Shown one piece after another: positions 12,401 to 24,560 of a stretch of 64,000 nucleotides of DNA (position 1 is its first letter; each line of letters starts with the position of its first letter). The stretch is from the NCBI GenBank assembly GCA_965235115.1, contig OZ249436.1, forward strand, positions 58,094,001-58,158,000. The letters run 5' to 3'. The translations under genes were made by a program, and so were the position numbers. The stretch is from Laetmonice hystrix. Taxonomy: Eukaryota. The notes under the pieces are model-generated. The model made no database searches, was not told where the DNA came from, and saw only the letters and a program-made list of their open reading frames with translations.

Positions 12401-13439
12401 AATGTCCTGACAAATGTATGGCAATTACAGCCTGAAAGTGGAGTTGATAATTTCCCCAACCACCTCAATATTTTCCCCCACGATTCTCACTGAGCATGTT
12501 TATTTTACTGATAGGGTGTATTACTGTGTTAAAAATGAGCACCCATGTAGTTGCGGGTACAGAAATAACAATGATTAATATGACTATCTTTCTACCAACA
12601 ATTATTTGGTAAAGGCAAATCAAGGATCGTTTACAGCATGACAGGTACAACCAACGAGAGTCTCGTTGGTACAACTGACGGGAAAGTATCTATCTATCAT
12701 GATGTAACAACTAACAGTCATATGGAGCTGTTATCTATCTGACTTTTTCTCCAATATCCAAGTAATCGGTTTCTGTTTTGACTGTCTTATGTTCGTGTTG
12801 CGTCCACAGAAGGACCACACAGTAGCAAGGCTGACACTGTTCGGCAAAAAGCTAGTAATTCTGTTAAAAAATATCTGGAACCTTCAGATTTATTTTGGGT
12901 ATATGATTACCTCACCGGAGGTCAATATCGGACTCCATTATCAGTATTTGAGAAGAAAGCAAACACCACAACCAAATAACAATGGTAACATAATGGGATC
13001 CCCTTGCAATGGTCCCGCAGTGGTACCGTACGTACTGCACTGTCTGTTGTCTAATAAGGGACGCATAATTATGAAACAACAGCAAGTATCTATTTCAAAC
13101 TTAAAAAAGATCTGTAACAAACATTCTTGACATTATACATCATCTCACTCTCAGAACGTACATGACACGTTGTATCTCTACCTTGTTCTATAGTCAAATA
13201 CAGTCGAGAGTGTAAAAAACAACTTGTATTCCTCAGTTCTCGATCCTAGAAAAGATTTCTGGAAGATTTTTCCCGATAATGTTTGCCTTCAGGAATGGTA
13301 ATAGCCAGAAGACGCCTTTTTGATGCTCTGGTCATGGGTTCTATCACTTGTCGTGACTTGAGTAATAATTGATAGTGGGATTTCAGGACTTCATTTTTGG
13401 TAAATCTTTATGAAGCTACGAGTTTTCTGGTTTCACGTA

Positions 13440-13661
13440 CGTAGCATGGTTTTAGCATTGTCCTGACTGACAAATCTTCGTCCCGGGTGCAATTCATTCC
13501 TACCGGGCTCGTTCATCAGAAGCAAATCCATCGGTAAACCACGAGGTTACAATAAATTCTTGATGTTATGGACATTCTTTTGCCACAAGTGACATTAACT
13601 GCATTATATGGTTCAAATGAGACGCATTCATTACACGAAAACGCCGCCACTTTCTCCAGAA
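13440..13661 (-). mobile_element. BEL/Pao integrase C-terminal (DUF5641-like) relic
   Basis: FWRKWR (13644-13661) followed by DLLLMNEPGRNELHPGRRFVSQ resembles FWKRW...GDxVLxxDE..GRxxExHPGxDGxVR. Confidence 0.5.
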
Positions 13662-14262
13662 CCTGAGCTGTCAGAGAAAATTAAGAGAAAACCTTTCCTA
13701 CCTCCAACAATGTCGTATCATCATCATGAAATATAGACGAAATACATACCTGCAACAGAGAGAAAAAGGCACGTAAATATTAAGAATGGAATCTGTTGTG
13801 ATTGATTACTCTTTGGGGAGAAAACAAACGAAAGTTTCCAAAACCATAATATTTGTCACATTTAATTGTTCTTTTCATAATCATAAAGTCCTTCTATTTC
13901 TTAGTTATAGACCGAAATCTACTACAACTAATTTGACCTTTTAAAGTTTTTAACGTCAAAGTCTATCGACCATCATGACCAACATTACGTTCTGATTTGA
14001 AATACTAAACAATATGTAATAGTATGTTTCTACATGTTCCTATGCGTATGGCAGATGAACTATAGACTGCTCTCAAGGCGTCAGCAATGAAGCATGGCAA
14101 TAACCCTTCAACCAAAGGTCTACCCACATGATTAATTGTTCGTTTTGAGTCTTGGCACATACATATATATCTGTAGGATGTGTAGAGTAGGTTTATATCA
14201 TTTTTTGTCGGGGGGGGGGGTTGTCGGGGTTTGTATGAAAACGACACTTAATCAATACATGT

Positions 14263-14391
14263 CAGGGGTGTCGGAAGCTATTGATAGTTGGGGGGTGGGG
14301 CAAGGTCCGGAAGCTATAATAGTTGGGGGTGGGGGGGGGGGGGTCATAGCCCCCTCTGCACACCCCCCCCCCCGGCCTGTTCCGACCACTG
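14263..14391. mobile_element. CAG...CTG G-run MITE with 5-bp TSD (hAT5-like)
   Basis: Ends caggggtgtcggaa / gttccgaccactg; identical catgt on both flanks (14258-14262, 14392-14396); internal duplicated ggaagctaxxatagttggggg and long G and C runs. Confidence 0.6.
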
Positions 14392-14577
14392 CATGTACTG
14401 TGATCACCTGGTTGGTAATCCAAGCGACCCGGGCAGATGCTCGGTTTGGAGGTTCCCCTTTATACCACCAGGTGGCCTATCCCCTGGCGGCATAGGATGA
14501 CATCATTGCTGTGCCCATCTGCTCAGCCGTGCAACCGCCGTGAATCGGACCGTATACGCAACTTATAATACGCGGCT

Positions 14578-14734
14578 TAAAGCCAGGAATCCATGTGTGC
14601 GTATTGCGTAATCAAAACAATGAAAAAACATTACACACACATGGAATCACTCCAACTTGTTTTCATTGATTCCGATGAATACGCACGCACTACGCCTCAC
14701 GCCCACACTACGTACACATGGATCCCTGGCTTTA
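14578..14734. mobile_element. MITE with 26-bp terminal inverted repeats (Harbinger- or Tc1/mariner-type)
   Basis: taaagccaggaatccatgtgtgcgta (14578-14603) versus tacgtacacatggatccctggcttta (14709-14734): 24/26 complementary. The outer TA or TAA/TTA could be the target duplication. Confidence 0.85.
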
Positions 14735-15189
14735 GTCTATTACGTAGGTATTAGGTCAGTGGTTACGTTTCTAAACGACTAAAGACCAAAATCCATGTTT
14801 TCAATAACCTATCAATACATGTATTTCATGTATTATTATTACAACACAATCAAAAGGAATGGAATAGCAACATTCAACAATCAACAGTTCATAGAATTAT
14901 TCGCTCTTTCTGGTTATAACTAGCACATATTAGTACAACTGCCTTTTGCTTTGGCATTTAATTTATTCGTTAGACTAGTCTATAGTAGCAACATGTATGC
15001 ATTGATCAATTCAATTTCAAGAAGACACCTCCCCTTCCGTACTTAGTAATTTATACTATACCTGGCAACTTCTTAGTTTGAAAGGGAAAAATATCTACTT
15101 GACGCCTTTACCTAAAAATAAACTTTCAAAAGCATCCATTGATGAATATGACTTTACTTCGACTCATTTCCCCAGACGTATTTTCCCTT

Positions 15190-15217
15190 TTTGTTTGTTT
15201 GTTTGTTTGTTTGTTTG
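15190..15217. repeat. (TTTG)7 microsatellite
   Basis: Read directly from the sequence. Confidence 0.95.
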
Positions 15218-17485
15218 TATTGATGCACCGTATTGTTGTTCGGGTTACGATTAAATTTTTCGCCTTAAACTGAAGCAAACTTTCACCAAACATTTGGTCT
15301 TTCTGAAGATAAGGATCACATCACAATTATCTAACTATAAAATGAGAAAACCACTATACATAACTTTCACCTTTTTATATGCCTTATTTTTGACTTGGTC
15401 GGGAATTTATTAAAAGTAGTTGTACATAATTCATAAATAAAGTAAAATATAAAAGATATACCCATATCAAATAAAAAAAATATATGAATGGACTAGTAAG
15501 AGATACAACACCTAATTCATTAGTACATTCACGCCCTACAAGTCTTGAACCTATTATAAACCGCTTGCCTAAATGGAAAATTATCTAAGTCTAAGATTAT
15601 TAAGCATTTAAAATGAATACCTAATATTTTCATTTTGTTAAGGCAACTTGAGTACAAAATGATACATACCCAAATGTCATCATTCAAATTATGCCAGTCT
15701 TCTTCATCATGTATCATGTCTTTCATGTTCAGAAGATCATTCAAAATTACTGAGTTTAGGCCATAGAGAATGCCTGAATCGCAAACATTGTAAACGTTAT
15801 CCTTTTCCAACATTTTTGCGTGTTATCACGGATAAATCCAGGTGCCTGGTGGTAAGACTAACAGATGCGTCTACGGTGTGTCGTCAATCTGAGGTGATCC
15901 TAAGCTTGATGTATCCAGGCCATGCATAACGTTCCAAAAGGTATCTGTCTCTTACATAACATGCGTCCTGAGTACAGCGCGTGGACTTGTCCCTAACATG
16001 CGTTCTAAAATGTGGTCGTCTCTAAAAGACAATTTTGATAAGATGGATAAATCTCATCTGAGGACATGCCCTGTCTGCATGCTATTGATAAATGTCTGCT
16101 GTTATGACGTTGAAAGACTCGGAAGACATTCAGCAGTTTAAATGGGCATGCTCCTTTCACTCGCTCCCTGTTTACAAGTGGCACTTCCAACAGCGAATTA
16201 GGCCACGTACCGTGATCTGCAAGGCCAACCAAATATGCGACGCGCTCATAAATGATTTACGTCCACGCGTACAATTCGAACAAAATCAAATGGTTCTTGT
16301 GTTTGTAGCTTCTAGGTCTAATTTAGAAGACACCATAAGAAACAAAGGTGCTGACGATGCAACAAAATAAATAAATAAAGCTTGTTGTCATAACATAACT
16401 CAAATTTCTAACAATTGTGTGAAACGATGGATTACATCTGTTTTTGTGAGGATGTCAACTTTAGGCCGTGCGTGATGCAATCATTGACAAATCGAGAGCC
16501 ACCGTCTTCATTCACCAAAGTGATACAGAAAAGTGCGCTCCTTGGATCCTTCTGGGTGTTCTCATTTCTTTCACAACCAAAATAGGGGTTGTCGATTATG
16601 TCAGACGGGGGGGGGGAGGGAGTACCACTGGCTGGACCAAAGGAAGTTTTATGGAAAATTCCACTGTATAGCATCATGACGCTTTTTAGAAACGTAAAAT
16701 TGAAAATGCATTTTCAAAAACATTTTGCAATTTTACCTTCTTCATTTCGACCTCGTTTATTTTCTTACATGGTTCGACGCTTTGACAGATGCGTGAGGGT
16801 GTCCAAGCGAGGTTTCGTGAATTGTGGCCCCCTTCTGAACCCGTTTTTTTTTATTACTTTTCCACCGGGAGCAAGGGTAACTTGAGCTGAGCAAGGGTGA
16901 GGATGCCCCGATGATCTACGTATCTCTGAAACTGAAGTTTTCTTCTACCACTTCGGCGGGCTTTCGGGAATTGTTATACCGAGGTCGACCCCCTTGACCC
17001 CATCCTCCCCTCCTGTTAATAACCGCCATATCGGCATAGGTGTATGGCAAAACGTATAACGATATGAGGTACCTTAAATTGTTGATATGAAATTAGCAAT
17101 TCAGCCTTTTGTCCAGGCCAGGTTGTTAAAGGGGCACAGACTCATCGCTGTTTGAGAGTGAGTGCAAGTTGCTGAGTATAGCTAGTTCTTTTACACCCTT
17201 GAGATAAAGAAACGATGAAGGCATCATAATGCAAGGTATGAAAAAATGCTTCCCAAGTTTGGAAAGCAGTTTACTCATGTCAAGGCCCATGTTAAATGGA
17301 AATATATAAATATATCCCACAACATTAAGGAAATACTTGGCTACTTATTAGCTTATTGTACTCTTCCCGGCGAAATCTCCAGCCATTATATGGTGTCAAT
17401 GTGACAACAATCTGACAACCCACTGATTGTTATGCTTCCCTTACCTCTTTAGGCAAATCACGTAAGCATCATGTATTTCAAAAAT

Positions 17486-17640
17486 CAGCGACGGATCGGG
17501 GGGGGGGGGCAAAGGGGCCATGTCCCCCTAAAAATTGAAGGTTTTTAAAAACTAGTGTAGATCTAAGCCGAGGCCTAGATAGATGCCGCCTGTTGCAGGA
17601 TCATTGGCCCCCCTAACTGAAATTTCTGGATCCGGCCCTG
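17486..17640. mobile_element. CAG...CTG G-run MITE with 5-bp TSD (hAT5-like)
   Basis: Ends cagcgacggatc / ctggatccggccctg (10 of the terminal 12 bp complementary); aaaat on both flanks (17481-17485, 17641-17645); G-run after the left TIR. Confidence 0.7.
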
Positions 17641-17973
17641 AAAATGGTAATGGAACCTTCGTATTTAGGTTTAAGAAAAGTAAAATAGTGAAAAATGGTC
17701 ACAGCGGGAGATAATGAAGGTAAAAAACATGATCTTGTAATATGCATAAACTTCACAAACCCCATGTTTTTCAAACAAGAATGGGCCTCCTCTTAAGTTT
17801 GCGAGTTTTTCGACTATTCTAATTGTGTCGACTTAAAGCTGGAACAGAAAAGCAGGCCCGCCAGCTTACTACATGTGATAGCATGTCATGACAGACAATT
17901 CCATGACTTCACCCAATGAAAATATAATTAGCATGGCGTCCAGGCGATTGAAGGTAAAGAGAAAATTAATGTG

Positions 17974-18260
17974 AACATTTTACATAATTACCACATGAAC
18001 TGTCATGAGGGAGGGGTGCATGGCGTTGCAATAGTGCATGATTTCCTTGGTTTTCCCTTTATATCTTAACCCCCCCCCCGCCCTCCCCATACAGACATGT
18101 GTGTATTATTATAGGTGTGTAACATTTTACATAATTACCGCATGAACTGTCAAATGAAGGAGGGGTGCACGGCGCTGTAATAGTGCATGATTTCTTCGGT
18201 TTTCTAAAACCCTTTATAACTTGACCCGTGACACCCCCTTACAGATATGTGTGTATTATA
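17974..18260. repeat. Tandem duplication, two diverged units of about 147 bp
   Basis: aacattttacataattacc starts at 17974 and at 18121. Both units continue through gaactgtca, gaggggtgca, aatagtgcatgattt and acagaxatgtgtgtattat. Confidence 0.9.
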
Positions 18261-21199
18261 CACGCAGAAAAAACTATTATTCAACATTTTTTTGCGTTAC
18301 ATAAAATATTGCTTACAAAACACATGTACCCGGTATTCGATCTAGGCACTGCTTAAAGGCACAAAATTAATGCCTAAATACATACACTGTAACCGTAGCC
18401 GCCAACTAATTTTTATCGGAGTGGGGCCATCGCGAGTGTCCAACAATACGGTTGCAGACGCCTTAAAACATGTTGCTGACCTCACCTTCTTTAAAACCTA
18501 CCCTAAAATCGTAAAGCATAATAATAACTGATAGATATTTCATAAAACAAAATTTCATTTCCCTTTCATAAACATATTTTATATATTTGTTTTGAAAAAC
18601 AAAGTCGACATTTAAGTGACAGCAACCCTTTTATCCGCTTCCGTAATATGTAATAATGATCGAGTCATCTAAATTAAGAGGTTTTCTTGACAGATTATAA
18701 AGCACAAATGGTTATATCCATATGGGTGATTGATGCTGGACAATATTTCTGTATAAGTTACTGCATACATTTTGTTTCCACAACGTGCTTAATACCTTTA
18801 ACTTTGCATCCTCTACGATTAGGCTGTTGAAGTTGTGATGGATATTGGTGTGCATAGCTGTAGACTGTATTTTTCCCCCTACATTTTTCCATCCGTTAGA
18901 AAATTATGTAGTGCCGATACTGCTTCAGACATGATTAAACATCTCGCCTTAGAATAGAATACCTGGACATGTGTTGTGAAATAAGGATGGTAAAGTACTT
19001 TCATGATACACATGAAATTGAAAACATTTACTGCAAATTACACATTCTAGAGAGTATTTTCGATTAGGTACGGTACTCAAGAAAAGGCGGTGTCATGAGA
19101 ACTGCCCCAGTCTGACGATCTCCGTGATATCAGAAGAGTTTCTCATCTAGATGTCTCTTGATCTAGTACGAGGCAATTCTGTTAGTAATCATTCCCCTGT
19201 TCACGCTTACATGCCCAATGATCCAGATTTCAATGCCCACTGAACTGCTTATCACCACTGTATATATGCTTCCAGCATCTACGTGTAAGGTCCTTGTGAA
19301 AATCTATCTAACTCATCCTCTCCGTTCTTTTCTTATTTTCCATTTCATTTATCATTGGTGTCCCATCTTTTGCTGTAGCAATATTGATAAGAAAGTGTGT
19401 CCGGCCTTCATTTTCCCTGCTTCATTGGCGCCCGTCATGTTACTGACAGATATGGCACATTTGCTTCACGACTTGGGCTGGTCTCATCTATATGATTTAT
19501 TTCCTGTGCCGAGCTAGAATGACGTGTGTTCGATGACAATGCCACATGATGAATTGCGTTGTCTCCAGATCTTGCTGTCGTTTTGCAACCTACCCCATCT
19601 TGTCCACTGACCGCTGCTGACCATAAGAGCAACCGCTGGGCCGTGTGTGTCCAGGGGGTCACTGCCGAGTCCCCATCAGGGTGAAACCAACTGACAGCAA
19701 TTCAATAATTCAAACATAACGTAGCATCGGCTAACACGCCACCAGGTGTCGCCCTAAACTTGTTTGCTGGGCGCCCTCGAGCTCCCGCTGTACAGACAAG
19801 ACAAAACACCACTGAAATGGGTACAGACCGGAGTTCGATAATACAAAACAAATCTGAGGTCCGCCAACCATTTAGATTACCAAAGATTCTTCTCTTGTAC
19901 CAGATTAAATCGGAAATGGGATTTTCTCTCAGGAGACCGGGATCAAGGGATTCATGGTACATGACCGACATTTCCAATCCGTACCATTATCCACCCACTT
20001 GGTCGCATAAACTAACGTTTCAGAGACATTTTTATCCTCAACCTTTGAAAGAAATGTCAAGAACCTTACGTAATGGGAGTCGGGATATGAGGCCCGATGG
20101 GAGGCGGAGCATGTTCCCTCGAACCTGCACATTGTTAATACCAGTACATGTACAGTTCTATGCAATATTATACTAAGGTGGTACAGTACGAAGCAATCCT
20201 ATACGTTCATTTAACCCCAAATCTGCGTTTCGCTGGATATATTATCTCGGCACACTGCTGAAATGGTCAAAAAGTGTGCTTCGTGCGATGGAAAAACAAA
20301 CAGGATCTCGGATGCATATTTTAATAAATGCGATACTAAACCTGCCGTCACAGAGTGCGCTGTCATCGCCACAAAACATAAAACCGGTCGTTATCTGAAC
20401 GGATCCCTGCGCGCGCTTACTCTTAAAAAGAAATCATCCGTAAATTTGGCTAATTCAACACTTTGAACTGCATGAAATTAAAACCACTGGCGCACGTTTG
20501 GATAACGGAAGTGAAATGTTTAATGATACTTGGAAATATTCTGGGTACCATGATGGAGATACTTCAATTGCAGGTCTTTTCCATGAGTAAACATCACAAA
20601 CATTTGATCTTTATCTTCTATTTGTATAATTCTACCGTTTCGTGAAAATTGAAAGGCAGTTCATTTTCCCAGTGGTGCAATATGTGCAGGTATATCTTCA
20701 AATTTCTGAACGGCTTGACATTTTCGTATTGTGTTAAATGTACAAATAACCTTTATAGATTCCTCTAAATACTTTGTGTTGTACGAGAGGATCCTTTGAA
20801 ATAAATCCCCTCCCCCATAAAATTTAAGACATAAGGGCTCTTACACTGTCTTTCGTATTAAGACCCCACTGTACAATGTATATATTTTTGGATATCAACA
20901 AACAATGACTAAACTTGGTAGTAAAGGTAATAGAGTATGATTAAAGTGTCTCTAAAGCAAAACCATGTTCCAGAAAGTAAAATGATTTAAATAATATGGA
21001 TCCGACTTTACAAGGATATGTGGCAAAATTGGTTCCCTTTGGATTTTCTCCTCAGAGAGTCTCCTTTTTGTACTGTAGATGATCTGATAATGGGAAGACA
21101 GCTATGAGAATTCATGGGTTGTGGTTACGCTCACATCAGATTAGACCGGCTTCATTATTTGATTCCACCTGTGTTGAATGATGCCAGAGTTCCGCGGAG

Positions 21200-22230
21200 G
21201 CAAGATCTGCTGGGATTTCCTCCGTTACTGGGGGCACACAGTGCCAGCCCTAGTGCCACTACTTGCATCATTATGTGTGCTTTATTGGTATGATGTATGG
21301 CAATCTTCAGCCCTGTGCATTGCACTCTGCAACTCTGGGCGAAGAGACTGTGGCAGCCGGAGGACGCACTCGGGATGGCCATAAATAGCGGGGCTCTACA
21401 GGGCAAGCGTAGAAGCCTTTGCATCTAGATGGATAGCATGGATGAACGGCTGTACCATGCTCCACAGTCACTGAGCCCGAGCCCGTCTTACTGTCCTCAG
21501 ACGGATCCCGCATGCAATTCGGCAGAATCTGGGCCCTCACTTGGCGTCAGTGGTCATTGTTCGCGAGTGTGGAAGGTCGGCAGAGACTGCACCAATCAAC
21601 AGTATGGACACCGACCGGGGTGACCCAGGGCCCTATCTTCCACCGCCACCCCTTGGCCATCCTGTCTCGGAGAGCTGGTTCAACCCATGGACTCTGACTG
21701 TGAATATCGATCCCGGCGGCCTCCTGGCTGCACCCTCTGATGTCATTGTCTTCCCAAGCCAGCCAAGACTGGGTCCAGATCGGACCACTTCAGGCGGCGT
21801 GAGCGTGTGAAGCCCGCAGACACACAGAAATGTGCAGATAAATAAAGGTGGACGGGTGCCATTGTTTCACGCCACCCCTCTCTGATGGCCCGAGGGGATT
21901 ACCCATGTTCTGTGGGCTGCCGATCGCTCTAATGAATCTGCAGCACACTAGATCCCCCTGGCTATTATCTCCTGTCTCGTATGCGCAAACACATTAGTCG
22001 CACTGCCAACACTACAGTGGCATTTGCATAATGCTCTTGCAAGAGGGAGCTTGACTCGCCACGTGCAATAATATGGTTTCTCCCCCACATGCTTGTCATA
22101 GCTATGTGCTTTGGTTTGTAATTTTCCGGCTAAATGCTGATGGCTCCATTAGCAAAAGCATTCACAGACGAAGGTCACCGAGCTATCTTGTCCACGAAGG
22201 GCAGCATACTATCTAGTGGGCAGCTTGATG
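21200..22230 (-). mobile_element. DIRS-type retrotransposon RT-RNase H relic
   Basis: Minus strand, in order: MLPF (about 22200), TTDA (21543-21554), HAIHLDAKASTLAL (21399-21440, like HINxLELxAxxLAL) and HNDASSGTR (21249-21275, like YINKQGGTRS). Interrupted by stops and frameshifts. Confidence 0.4.
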
Positions 22231-24379
22231 GTCTGGATCACACGGTCCATGCTTCTGAGGCTGACCAGAGAGCTGGACCAGCCAGTGCAGAGACATGGCC
22301 AGGCATCTAGAAATCGATGGAAACAGAGTTAGGTGCAGGAACGGCCAACCACCCTGCTCTCCAACATGCAACGTAATTGAAAATCCAATAGATGTGGCAA
22401 CACAAGCCTCTGAGCTCGCTTACTGAATGATCCGTTCTCCAGCCGAACTCTGCTGTGTTCCAAGTGCGGTTGCTCCGAGGGGTTTATCTAGCAAAAAAAC
22501 AACACAATGCCCAGCCAACCCGTTTCCTGCTGAGAGCACAAGAGAAGTGCTTACTAATTGTGACCAGCCATCAGCGGTGGTCAAACCTGATGTCCACACA
22601 ACTACTAGGTGACTCGAGCCTAAGGTTAAACATACATTGGTTCAATACTCCCGTTGTAAACCAAAGACACTGCAGCATTTAGATTGTCTTTGAGTGTAGC
22701 GTGATGTATACCCCCACCCCTCCCCCGGAACGCGCACCCCGCCACACGTACGCCCACCCACGCACACACATACGTTTGTTTACATCTGGAATCATACATA
22801 ACTACTGGTTAGCATGCCAGTGTGAAATTGGTATTGGTGTACATGAATGTCAATACTAACGACCACTGACTTCATTTTTCTTATTCAATCATTACATTAA
22901 GTAACTTGAAATCCAATACGCAGACTTAACATCAATACGCGTATGGGCAGTGTAGCGAGACCTGAGGTACCCTCAGCTTTAATCATATGGAAGAAATTCT
23001 CTGGCATGGCTTGCTGGTCGATGCGATTCGTCGACAAGTTGTTGGCCCTTTTAACCCCTTAAGATGCCCTAATATGGACTGGACGTTGTAACCCGTTTCA
23101 TGTAGGCACTAGGCAATTCAATAACAAATTCAGGTCCTTTAGGTCGGGGTGAGTGTCCAACTGCGGCCAATCGATGCCCAAGTGTCGGGGCTTTTGAATG
23201 CCTGCCAGTTTCACGGACACCAATTTTGCTGTTGGTCTGATCTGTCTGCTTGTGCAAAGACTTGCCAAGATCTAATCAAGACATTGCGAGAGGCAGCATT
23301 AGGTGGGAGAACGCTGCTTCGACTACTTACTGTTCTCTGCTGGGCTACTGCTGGCATCACCGGCTGCTACTGCTGCTGCTGCTGTCAAGGAGGATGAACA
23401 AGGAGAGCCTGACTACTCCCACACTCATCAACGAGAAGTCAATCCAGGATGGCAAGCAAAAACTGCTGCTCTTCTCCACAGGCCGTCAGTGGTAAAGGCA
23501 CCCTACAATTTCTGTTCTTATAAGTGCATATCAAACGGTGTCAGTGAGGGAGTGCACGGTCCGGTGGCGAAGATCACAACGGTCGAGGCGGGACGGGACC
23601 ATCTGGCTGTTGATACATCATATCGCCTGTTCTTGGTGGCGTGTGGCGAGCGTGTGGGTCCCGCAACTGCCTACATACTCTTCCTCCAACTCTTCCTCGA
23701 TGGAGGCCTCGGCAGCACCAGCAGCGGGCCTATTGCTCCAACTGCAGGAGCTGCCGTGAGGCTCGATTGGGCTGGATGCAGCCAGTGGCGGTGGTGGTGG
23801 TCTGGGCCACACCATCACGTTAGTGAGACACAAGAGACCAACTGGATTAGTGTGCCCCCCTTGTCTGATATTACCACATAATTCAGGGTATACTGGTGAA
23901 CCGTGAGACCACAGCAGGTCCTCGACAAAGTGTTACACACAGACGACATTGCATTTCTATGCCCAACCGATGTTTATTTCATACACAAGGAACTTCCTCG
24001 TCTCCCGGCACTTCAGTTATGATGATTATTGCTACCTACTCATTCTGTGCAGATCAAGCTAGCCTTGGGGTTAATCTGGATTATAGCACTTTGGGTGTAA
24101 ATTAGCTCCAGTTTCTCCATCCTTATCTTGTGTAAGGTCACATTCATCCTATTACTCTCTACGGTCAGGCTCTCTGGCACCTCCTTCCTCTGCGACAAAT
24201 TGAAAGCGATGGACTCCTGTTATACGGGGCCAGTCCTAATACAGACGAATATATTATAGAATGCCGCAGTGTTTGTCGCTCGCACCACTTGCAAAGCTTC
24301 CTGACACATCAATGTAATGGTATACCATTTACTGGCCTCATTGGAACTATCACCTATCAATTTCCAATTTTATCACAGA

Positions 24380-24560
24380 GACTGATATCGCAAAAGTTGA
24401 CTTTACTATTCTCCTTCGATTTCTCAGGACAACTGCCTGAAGCCTTACGCATACCTTCTGCTTAGAAAAAATCCTATTGTATTTCTAGTCGATCGATGGT
24501 TTAGCACCAAATGGAATAAGAAATCGTCTTTCCCTTTTTTGAAGAATAAGTGAAAGTAGG
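24380..24560 (-). mobile_element. L1/Tx1 RT N-terminal relic
   Basis: LFFKKGKDD (like LIPKKGKDP) and VRLQAVVL (like AxRLxxVLP) in shifted frames. Confidence 0.35.

Noticed and set aside
16432-16677. IIDNPYFG as a receptor NPxY-type motif
   Set aside because: Not a true NPxY match, with no transmembrane or kinase context.
20263-20466. MVKKCASCDGK start resembling a THAP domain (Kolobok or P element)
   Set aside because: The downstream THAP residues (F.FP, W, LCSxHF) are absent and I found no matching opposite terminus.
23303-23881. Longest ORF (192 aa, plus strand)
   Set aside because: No ATG start or recognisable domain; GC-rich with CTG repeats and overlapped by ORFs in other frames, as expected for a chance ORF.
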